Shown in pieces: positions 19,151-26,551 of a stretch of DNA of 64,000 nt. The stretch comes from Polyangiales bacterium (GTDB taxonomy: Bacteria; Myxococcota_A; Polyangia; Polyangiales; Polyangiaceae), in assembly GCA_038231275.1 (NCBI GenBank), contig JBBRLQ010000017.1:32001-96000 (forward strand), given 5' to 3'. The notes under the pieces were generated by a model. The model was not told the origin of the DNA and searched no databases. It was given only the letters and a program-made list of their open reading frames with translations. Every line of letters starts with the position of its first letter. Position 1 is the stretch's first letter. The translations under genes and the position numbers were made by a program.

Positions 19151-19915
19151 TCACCTCGATCCCGTCGTCTTCACCGCCCGAAGAATCCTCGCCGCCGCGA
19201 ACGCCGCCCCGAACCCGTTGTCGATGTTCACGACCGTCACGCCCGACGCGCACGACGTCAGCATCCCGAGGAGCGCCGCGAGCCCCTGGAACGCCGCCCC
19301 GTACCCGATGCTCGTCGGCACGGCGATCACCGGCCGCTCCGACAGCCCGCCGACCACGCTCGCCAGCGCGCCTTCCATCCCCGCGACGACGACGATGACG
19401 CTCGCCCGCTCGATCTCGCTCCTCTTGTGCAGCAGTCGGTGAATGCCCGCGACCCCAACGTCGTAGACGCGCTCGCCCTTGATGCCGAGCATCCGCATCG
19501 TCTCGACGCACTCTTCCGCAACCGGCAGATCGCTCGTCCCTGCGCTTACGACGGCGGCGACCCCGAGCTCCGGGATCGGCGTCTGCTCGAGCGTCGCCGT
19601 TCGGGACGCGGCGACGTACGCGAGCTCCGGCATCAGCTGCCGCACCTCCGCGGCCTTGTCGGCGGACAAACGCGTCACGAAGACGTTCTGCCCAGTGCGC
19701 GCAAGCTCACGCGCGATCCCTGCGATCTGTGTGGCGGTTTTCCCCTCGCCGAGGATCACCTCGGGCACCCCCTGCCGGATGCTCCGATGGTGATCGACCA
19801 TCGCGTAGCCGAGATCGGCGAACGGCAAGTCCTTGAGCGCACCGACCGCGTCGTCCACGCTGGCCTCGCCGGCGCGCACGCGCTCGAGGAGCTCGCGAAT
19901 CTTGGTGGGGTCCAT
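19151..19915 (-). CDS. larB: Nickel-pincer cofactor biosynthesis carboxylase/hydrolase LarB (PurE-like)
   Basis: [62 protein letters not shown] and VNIDNGFGA. Start at MDPTKI (ATG 19915). Confidence 0.94.
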   Translation of the reverse strand: MDPTKIRELLERVRAGEASVDDAVGALKDLPFADLGYAMVDHHRSIRQGVPEVILGEGKTATQIAGIARELARTGQNVFVTRLSADKAAEVRQLMPELAYVAASRTATLEQTPIPELGVAAVVSAGTSDLPVAEECVETMRMLGIKGERVYDVGVAGIHRLLHKRSEIERASVIVVVAGMEGALASVVGGLSERPVIAVPTSIGYGAAFQGLAALLGMLTSCASGVTVVNIDNGFGAAFAAARILRAVKTTGSR

Positions 19916-19921
19916 GGACTG

Positions 19922-19960
19922 GTTTTGCGCTCTGGAGGGGGGGTGCAAAACTAGCAAAAC
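19922..19960 (-). promoter_or_regulatory. Inverted repeat with central G7 tract overlapping a putative extended -10 upstream of larB
   Basis: GTTTTGC-N16-GCAAAAC with GGGGGGG in the spacer; minus strand has TG-C-TAGTTT. Confidence 0.4.
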
Positions 19961-20067
19961 CCGCGGGATTTCACAGGAAGACCGAAAGCTCAGCCGCTGG
20001 GTCTCCGAAACCAGGAACGGTTTTCGGGGGTTGCGGCCGGGTCGAACCTCCGTAAAAGGTCTCCCCG

Positions 20068-20646
20068 ATGCCCCTTCCGGTCGCCCCCCTCCTCGGCTGG
20101 CTGCTTGGGCTTTGGCTCGCCTGGACCGCGCGGGGCGAACGCCCCGATCGCGCACCGGGCACCCCCGGAGGCGGGCGGGACGGCGCGGGCTCCCTCCTCT
20201 TCTTCTCTCTGTCGCGTCCGCTGGTGGTGGCCGCGGCCCTCAGCGCCTTCGTCTATGCGCCGATCGTCGGATACTTCGCGGCCTTCCACGGCGACTGGTC
20301 GTACCTCTACGTCGTGCCGTGGCACCGCGTCCCCTCGGCGCTCGATCTCGTGCTGGTTCTTCTCGCCAGCGCGACAATTCCTGCCGGCGTCGCCGTTGGG
20401 CTCGGCCCTGCGCGCGCGGGGAGGAGCGGTCTGCTCGCGAGGTGGGCGGCCGGGCCTGCGGTGATCGCCGTCGCGCTGCTCGCCGTCTTCGCGCGGCGTC
20501 TCGCCACGAGCGCGTCGTACGCGCAGTTCCACGGCGGCTTCGGCCTCGAGCCGATCACCGAGAGCGCGCTGGGCCGCGGCGTGCTCCTCGCGGCCATCGT
20601 GCTCGGCGTCGCGGTGGCCTGGACGGCGCGTTCGCTCCGCGGCTGA
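20068..20646 (+). CDS. Hypothetical integral membrane protein
   Basis: 192 aa with about five hydrophobic segments; plausible coding composition; divergent from larB. Confidence 0.7.
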   Translation: MPLPVAPLLGWLLGLWLAWTARGERPDRAPGTPGGGRDGAGSLLFFSLSRPLVVAAALSAFVYAPIVGYFAAFHGDWSYLYVVPWHRVPSALDLVLVLLASATIPAGVAVGLGPARAGRSGLLARWAAGPAVIAVALLAVFARRLATSASYAQFHGGFGLEPITESALGRGVLLAAIVLGVAVAWTARSLRG

Positions 20647-20658
20647 GACGCAGCAACC

Positions 20659-21222
20659 TCAGTTGCAGTAGTGAAATACCTGTCCGCCGATCGTCTTCGT
20701 TCCGCTGCACGTGTCGGTGCCGCAGGTGTTCCCCGCGTCGACATCGCAGAGCACGACGCTTCCCTGATCGCCGCAGGTGCCGGGCGCCACGCACACGCTG
20801 TTGCCGGGCCCGGCGTCGCCGAAGCCCCAGTTCTTGCCGCAGCACACCTGGTTGCTGGCGCAATCGGCCGTGCGCTCGCACGTGATGGTGATTCCGGCGG
20901 AGGGGCAAGAGGCGCCACATCCGGGGGCGGCGCCGCCGAGGCAGCATACTTGCGCCTTCGCGCACGTGACGCCTAGGCAGGCGAGCATCACGCTTCCACC
21001 CGCTTCCGGCGTGACGCCAGCATCCCCGTCGCTGGCGCCCGCGTCGCCGGTCCCCGCTCCATCCGCGCTCGCGGGCCCGTCGTCGCCGATGCCGCCGCCG
21101 TCGAGGCACGCCGTGCCCGAGCAGACGTCGAGGGCGGAGAGCCCCGACACCGCAGCGCATGCGCCGAGCGCCAGAACCCCCATGACGCCGAACGCGAACG
21201 AGAGACGAAGCGTCGAGGTCAT
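20659..21222 (-). CDS. Cys-rich lipoprotein
   Basis: Lipobox LGAC, a DAG/DGG linker, and repeated C-x4-C-x5-CC modules. Confidence 0.75.
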   Translation of the reverse strand: MTSTLRLSFAFGVMGVLALGACAAVSGLSALDVCSGTACLDGGGIGDDGPASADGAGTGDAGASDGDAGVTPEAGGSVMLACLGVTCAKAQVCCLGGAAPGCGASCPSAGITITCERTADCASNQVCCGKNWGFGDAGPGNSVCVAPGTCGDQGSVVLCDVDAGNTCGTDTCSGTKTIGGQVFHYCN

Positions 21223-21264
21223 GTGCCTCTCGAGTCTAGCCCCATCTCTTCCGTACGGGGACGC

Positions 21265-22617
21265 TCACATGACGAAGCGCAGCGTCGCGAGCGCAGACTT
21301 TTCACCTTGGTCCGGGGGACCGTTCTGAACCTGAATCCACGTGGCGAGGCGGGCGCCGATCGCGACGTGATCGGTGATCCAGTAGCTGGTGCCGAGGTTC
21401 AAATAGTGGAGCCGGGTCACGGCGCCACCGCCCACCTGGTACTGCACCTGCGTGTATTGGAGGCCCACGCCGTTCGCGCACCCGTACGTACACGTGAAGG
21501 GGTGGTCGTAGTTCAGATCGATGCCGCCGCCGAGGACGATGCCCGTGTACTTGTCCGGCGAGAGGCGGGCGACGTTGGCGGGATCGACCGTGTCGTTCTT
21601 CGTGAACGCGGCGTTGAAGAACGGGACGAGCAGCTCCTTCATGAGCTTGAGCCGCGCGTTGGCGCGCAGGTTGAACGCCCGGATGTTCTGGTCGTCGGTC
21701 TTCGTCGTGTCGGTGTCGATGACCGCGCCCTGGAACGCCGCCTTCGCATCGAACATCGGGCTCGTGTAGAGGATGCTCGGCGAGAGCATCATCATGTGGA
21801 AGCTGTCGTCGGGGAAGTTGTTCGCCGACTTGCCGATGTATTGGTACGGCTGCTCGTAGACGCGCGCGAACGGCGGGTAGGTGCCGCCGACCATCAGCGT
21901 GCCGGTGGTCGAGACCGGGTTGCCGGCGGTGAACGCGAGGCCGACGCGCAGGCCCTCGACGAGCTTGAACGTACCGCGCACGCCGTTGCCCATGTTGAGG
22001 CCGCTGTAGAGGAGCGGATCGCGCGTCGCGGTGTCCTGCAAGAAGACGTCGGCGACGTGCGCGGAGTAGTAGTCGACGCTAGCCTCGTCGGTGACGCGGC
22101 CGACCTCGATCATCGCCGGATCGATCGTGAGGCGCAGGAGCTGGTTTCGTACCTGGAGGGCCGCCTGACCTTCGTACGCGCTGGCGCCGTGGAGCGACGT
22201 GCCGCCGCTCGCCATGAGCTCGCTCTCGAACGAGATCCACGCGCCGGCCGAGCCGCGGAGGCCGAAGCGGCTGAGCGCGATCGCCGAGACGCGCGCCTCC
22301 TTGTGCTCGTTGGGGCCGTTCAGCGGGATGTCCGCCTTCACGCCGCCGACGACGCCGAGGAACGGCTCGATCTTGATCGCGGAGAGCGGGCTCTCCTTCT
22401 TCGGCTCGGGCTTCGGCTGCTCGTCGGCGTTGACGTCGGCCTTCGCGTCCGGCTTGGTATCCGGCTTCGCGTCCGGCTTGGTGTCGGGCTTCGTGTCGCC
22501 CTTCGTGCCCTCGGGCGTCTCGTCCTGCGTGCGGGCAGCGGCCTCGCGCGGAAGCATCGTCGTCATGGCGAGCACCGCGGCGGCGGCAACGCATCCTCGC
22601 AAACTTGTATTGTACAT
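21265..22617 (-). CDS. Putative outer-membrane porin (beta-barrel)
   Basis: Signal peptide, DTKP/DAKP repeats, then amphipathic strands (SRFGLRG, IEVGR, LGGGIDLNY, LNLGTSYWI, C-terminal LATLRFVM). Start at MYNTSL (ATG 22617), 4 nt after the upstream stop. Confidence 0.62.
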   Translation of the reverse strand: MYNTSLRGCVAAAAVLAMTTMLPREAAARTQDETPEGTKGDTKPDTKPDAKPDTKPDAKADVNADEQPKPEPKKESPLSAIKIEPFLGVVGGVKADIPLNGPNEHKEARVSAIALSRFGLRGSAGAWISFESELMASGGTSLHGASAYEGQAALQVRNQLLRLTIDPAMIEVGRVTDEASVDYYSAHVADVFLQDTATRDPLLYSGLNMGNGVRGTFKLVEGLRVGLAFTAGNPVSTTGTLMVGGTYPPFARVYEQPYQYIGKSANNFPDDSFHMMMLSPSILYTSPMFDAKAAFQGAVIDTDTTKTDDQNIRAFNLRANARLKLMKELLVPFFNAAFTKNDTVDPANVARLSPDKYTGIVLGGGIDLNYDHPFTCTYGCANGVGLQYTQVQYQVGGGAVTRLHYLNLGTSYWITDHVAIGARLATWIQVQNGPPDQGEKSALATLRFVM

Positions 22618-22621
22618 ATTC

Positions 22622-24031
22622 CTACTTCGTCTTTCGTGAGCGACGGCGAAGCGCAGCGAGACCGAGCAACGCACAAGCACCAGAACCGAATCCAAAGGCC
22701 CCCGGCCTGGGCGCGCGCGCGCCGATGGCGCAGCCCGCGAGGGCGCCCGCCCCGTCGCCCGGCGAAGCTCCTGCGCCGGAGTCCGCGCCGCCGCCGGTCG
22801 AGCCGGACGTGCCGCTCGATGACTTGCCGCTCGACCCGCTCGACCCGCTCGATCCGCCGTAGCCACCGCCGCCCGGCGTCGCGTCGTGCGCGGTGTCGGG
22901 ACCGGCATCCTTGGGTCCGCCGCCGTCGCCGCCGGCCTCGCCGCCGCCGTCACCGCCGGTGCTGCCGTCCGTGCCGGAGTCGGTGTCCGCGTCGGTGCCG
23001 CCATCGATCACATCGGCCGGCGTCACGCCGAAGAACGCGAGCGCGTGAGAGGCGCCGCAGATCTGCGCGTCGATGAAGTACGAGCCGGTCGCGCCGCAGC
23101 CGCTCGCCGGATCGACGAAGAGGCCGTGGTCCTTTCCGGTGATTGCGAACGTCTCGACGACCGCGCCGGAGGTCCCGGCGTAGACCGCGTGCGGGTAGCC
23201 GCCGACGGTGTCGGTCCTCGACGGCGTTTGCCCAACACCGTTCACGTCGGTCCACTGGCGCATGAGCGCCGTCGTGTTGGACGGGTCGACGGTGCCGTCG
23301 GCGGTTCCTTGCCAGATCGAGAGGCGCGGCCACTTGCCGGAGTAGCTGGGGTTCGCAGCGCGCACGAGATCGCCCCACGCCTTGGCGGACTGGTCCTTGC
23401 CAGGCTTGATGCAGGCGTTCGCGCCGCTGACCGACTCGGTGCAGTCGTACGGGATGCCGGAGAACGTCGCTCCGGCGGCGAAGACGTCCGGCCAGGTCGC
23501 CAGCATGAGCGCCGCCTCGGCGCCGCCCGACGAGAAACCGACGACGAAGACCTTGGCCGGATCGATCGAGAAGTCCGACTTCATCTTGTCGACCATCTGC
23601 TTGATCGACAGGTTCTCGCCCTGCCCGCGCTTCACGTTGGTGGCGTCGAACCAGTTGAAGCAGCGGAGCGCGTTGTTCGCCGTCGTCTGCGCGGGGTAGA
23701 CGACGTGGAACTTGTAGGTGTCGGCGAGGCCGTCGAAGCCGGCGTTCACCATGTCGGCCGCGGTCTGCGCGCATCCGTGGAGCACGAGGACGAGCGGCGC
23801 GTTCGAGCCGACCCCCGACGGGACGTAGCGGTACATGTCGAGGCCGCCGGGGTTCGACCCGAAGCCGCCGACCTGCTCGAGCGCCGCGAGCTTTAGGCCG
23901 GCGCCCGTCGTCGTCGCGTTCTCGGCCGCTGCGCCGGCGCTGCACGCGCCGACCGCGAGCCCGAGCCCGACGCACACCGCTCCCGTCGCGGCCGTGAGGG
24001 CGACCGCCTTGCCCATCGTGAGGTGTCGCAT
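22622..24031 (-). CDS. PHB-depolymerase-family (LpqC/CE1-like) esterase with lipobox and MYXO-CTERM-like tail
   Basis: LHGCAQ oxyanion, GFSSGG nucleophile, WQGTAD Asp and GKDHG His. Lipobox VGAC. Tail GCAIG..LLGLAALRRRSRK. Confidence 0.9.
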   Translation of the reverse strand: MRHLTMGKAVALTAATGAVCVGLGLAVGACSAGAAAENATTTGAGLKLAALEQVGGFGSNPGGLDMYRYVPSGVGSNAPLVLVLHGCAQTAADMVNAGFDGLADTYKFHVVYPAQTTANNALRCFNWFDATNVKRGQGENLSIKQMVDKMKSDFSIDPAKVFVVGFSSGGAEAALMLATWPDVFAAGATFSGIPYDCTESVSGANACIKPGKDQSAKAWGDLVRAANPSYSGKWPRLSIWQGTADGTVDPSNTTALMRQWTDVNGVGQTPSRTDTVGGYPHAVYAGTSGAVVETFAITGKDHGLFVDPASGCGATGSYFIDAQICGASHALAFFGVTPADVIDGGTDADTDSGTDGSTGGDGGGEAGGDGGGPKDAGPDTAHDATPGGGGYGGSSGSSGSSGKSSSGTSGSTGGGADSGAGASPGDGAGALAGCAIGARAPRPGAFGFGSGACALLGLAALRRRSRKTK

Positions 24032-24038
24032 GGGGTTC

Positions 24039-25229
24039 CTAGTTGGTGAGCGCGGCCATCACTTGCTTGAGGCCGTTCTCGCTACGGACCGCGCCGTAGT
24101 GATTTTTGAACGCGCCGCCGACGAAGTAACAAGAGGTGTCGACGTCCGCGAGCGTGACGGTGAGGTTGTTCGCGCCCTTGAGCGTCGCGCTCCCTTGCGA
24201 CACGAACTCGTCCTGGAGCGTCGCCGGGGGCGGCGGATCCTGCATGACGATCGTGACGTAGCTGACCTTGTTGCCGCCGCACACGCCGGCCTGGCCATAC
24301 GCGGTGTTGCCGTCGGCGCACGGCGTCTCGTAGGCGCCGTCGGGGCCGTTGTTGGGGATCGAGAACGGCGTCGGCGTGAACGCGGTGCGATCGCCCATCT
24401 CGCAGGTGACGCGGCCGCGCATCGTGGGGTTCGACGCGCAGAGCGCGCGGAAGCTGGAGACGCCGTGGTTCGCGCCGGACGCAAGGAGAAGCGTCTTGAT
24501 GCGCTCGAACGGCTTCTTCCCCGCGCGGTGGAGGCGGCGGAGCGAGTCACGGATGACGGTCGGGCCGAGCGAGAAGCCGACGATCGAGAACTTGCGGGTC
24601 GGATAGGCCGTCATCATCGAGTCGATGAAGTGCGCGAGGATCGGCACGTACCAGCCGTGGTCGATGTTGCGTCCGGCGTTCTCGGTGGCGTTGTTGCCCG
24701 TCGGGTCGTCGTTCTTGTCGATGCGTGCGTCGACGGCGAAGACCTTGAAGCCGGCGCCGAGGAGCCGCTCCGACAGCATGGGCGTCGGCGGGTTCGGCGG
24801 CGCGACGGGGGGAGTACCGCATGGCGCGGTCGACGTGTTCATCTCGTAGTCGGCGGGCGTCGACGAGTTGCCGTGCACGAGGAGGACGATCGGCTTGCTC
24901 GTGTCCTCGTTCGGCTGCGGGTACTCCTTCGCGGCGCACTTGTAGCCGGGGATGACGGCGGGCGTGTACTGGTTCGCGTTGGTCGCGCCGGCGGGGCGCG
25001 CCGAGAGGCCGTCGGTCGTGCACCCGGGGTGCTTCGTCAGATCCTCGCGGTATTGGATCGCGTCGGCGTTCGTGGTGTTCGCGGCGGGATCGCTCCCGCC
25101 CGCGTCGCCCACCGGTGGCGGCGTCGTGGTCCCGCCGTCGGTGGCGGAGGCGGTCTGCGTGAGGCACGCACCGCTCGTGAGCGCGATGAGGCCAGCCAAT
25201 GCAATACGTGCAGAATACATTATGGTCAC
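24039..25229 (-). CDS. Lipase-like alpha/beta hydrolase lipoprotein
   Basis: LLVHGNSS, IVGFSLG (GxSxG), LASGANHG, DEFV and NHYG. Lipobox SGAC. GTG 25229 overlaps the upstream stop; alternative ATG at 25220. Confidence 0.8.
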   Translation of the reverse strand: MTIMYSARIALAGLIALTSGACLTQTASATDGGTTTPPPVGDAGGSDPAANTTNADAIQYREDLTKHPGCTTDGLSARPAGATNANQYTPAVIPGYKCAAKEYPQPNEDTSKPIVLLVHGNSSTPADYEMNTSTAPCGTPPVAPPNPPTPMLSERLLGAGFKVFAVDARIDKNDDPTGNNATENAGRNIDHGWYVPILAHFIDSMMTAYPTRKFSIVGFSLGPTVIRDSLRRLHRAGKKPFERIKTLLLASGANHGVSSFRALCASNPTMRGRVTCEMGDRTAFTPTPFSIPNNGPDGAYETPCADGNTAYGQAGVCGGNKVSYVTIVMQDPPPPATLQDEFVSQGSATLKGANNLTVTLADVDTSCYFVGGAFKNHYGAVRSENGLKQVMAALTN

Positions 25230-26551
25230 TTTCCCGTTTTCCGTGAACGACGACGCGTGACGGCGAGGCCGACGAGCGCGCCAAAACCGCCAAATCCAAG
25301 ACCGCCGAAACCGGCGCGTGTCTGTGTGCTTCCGATCGAGCAGCCCGCGAGGCCGGAGCCCTGCGGGGTGCCTCCGCCGAAGACGCCTGCGTCGCCCCCC
25401 GCTCCTGCGTGCGGCGGAGTTGCTCCGGCGCCGCTTGTCCCGCTGCTTCCCCCGCCGTACCCGCCGCTGCCCGGCTTGCCGGCGTCGTGAACGGCTCCCG
25501 AGCTTCCGCTCGAACCGCCCGCGCCGTCGACGCCGCCGTCGACCGCCGCCTCCGCCGCGCCGATGCCGAAGAAGCCGGCGACGAGCTGCGCAGAGCAGAT
25601 CTTCGCGTCGAGGACGTACGCCGCCGCGGTGCCGCAGCCGCCCGCCGGATCGACGAAGATGCCGTGGTCCTTGCCGGTGATCGCGTACGTCTCGACGACG
25701 ACGTTGCCCGCAGAGTCCTTGTACGTGTCGTGCGGGTAGCTCTGGACGGTGTCACTTGCGGACGGCGTTGAAGGCGCGCCGTGTACGTCGGTCCACTGGC
25801 GCATCAGCTCCTTGGTGTTCGACGGATCGACCGTCGCGTCGGAGGTGCCCTGCCAGATCGAGAGACGAGGCCACGCGCCCGTGTAGCTGCTGTTGGCGGC
25901 GCGAACGAGGCTTCCCCAGGTCTTGGCGTCCTGATCTTTGCCGGGCTTCATGCACGACGACGCGCCGGCGACCGATTCCGCGCAGTCGTACGGGATGCCG
26001 CCGAACGTCGCGCCGGCCGCGAAGACGTCGGGCCACGTCGCGAGCATGAGCGCGGCCTCGGCGCCGCCCGACGAGAAGCCGACCGCGAAGACGCGCTTCG
26101 GATCGACCTGGACGTCGGCCTTCATCTTGTCGACCATCTCCTTGATCGACTGGTTCTCGCCCTGGCCGCGCTTCAAGTTCGCCGGGTTGCCGTAGACGCC
26201 GGCCCAGTTGAAGCACTTGTAGGGGTTGTTGGCCGTCGTCTGCTCCGGGTAGACGACGGTGAACTTGTACTTGTCGGCGAGCGTGTTCCAGCCGGCGTTG
26301 ACCATGTCGACCGCGCCTTGCGTGCAACCGTGCATCAGCACGACGAGCGGCGCGTTCGGGCCGACGCCGGCGGGCACGTAGCGGTACATGACGAGGCCGG
26401 CGGGGTTGGTGCCGAAACCGGTGACCTGCTCGAGGCCGCTCGCCGTGACGGTGAGCGCTTCTGCGCCCCGCGTGACGTCGAGGGTGGAGTCGGTGGCGTC
26501 CGCGCATCCGACGAGTGCGACGGCGCCGGCGAAGAGGAGACCGAGCTTCAT
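25226..26551 (-). CDS. PHB-depolymerase-family esterase, paralogue 2, with lipobox and MYXO-CTERM-like tail
   Basis: Start MKLGLLFAGAVALVGC (ATG 26551, ATGA overlap). MHGCTQ, GFSSGG, WQGTSD and GKDHG. Tail GCSIG..LVGLAVTRRRSRK. Confidence 0.9.
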   Translation of the reverse strand: MKLGLLFAGAVALVGCADATDSTLDVTRGAEALTVTASGLEQVTGFGTNPAGLVMYRYVPAGVGPNAPLVVLMHGCTQGAVDMVNAGWNTLADKYKFTVVYPEQTTANNPYKCFNWAGVYGNPANLKRGQGENQSIKEMVDKMKADVQVDPKRVFAVGFSSGGAEAALMLATWPDVFAAGATFGGIPYDCAESVAGASSCMKPGKDQDAKTWGSLVRAANSSYTGAWPRLSIWQGTSDATVDPSNTKELMRQWTDVHGAPSTPSASDTVQSYPHDTYKDSAGNVVVETYAITGKDHGIFVDPAGGCGTAAAYVLDAKICSAQLVAGFFGIGAAEAAVDGGVDGAGGSSGSSGAVHDAGKPGSGGYGGGSSGTSGAGATPPHAGAGGDAGVFGGGTPQGSGLAGCSIGSTQTRAGFGGLGFGGFGALVGLAVTRRRSRKTGK

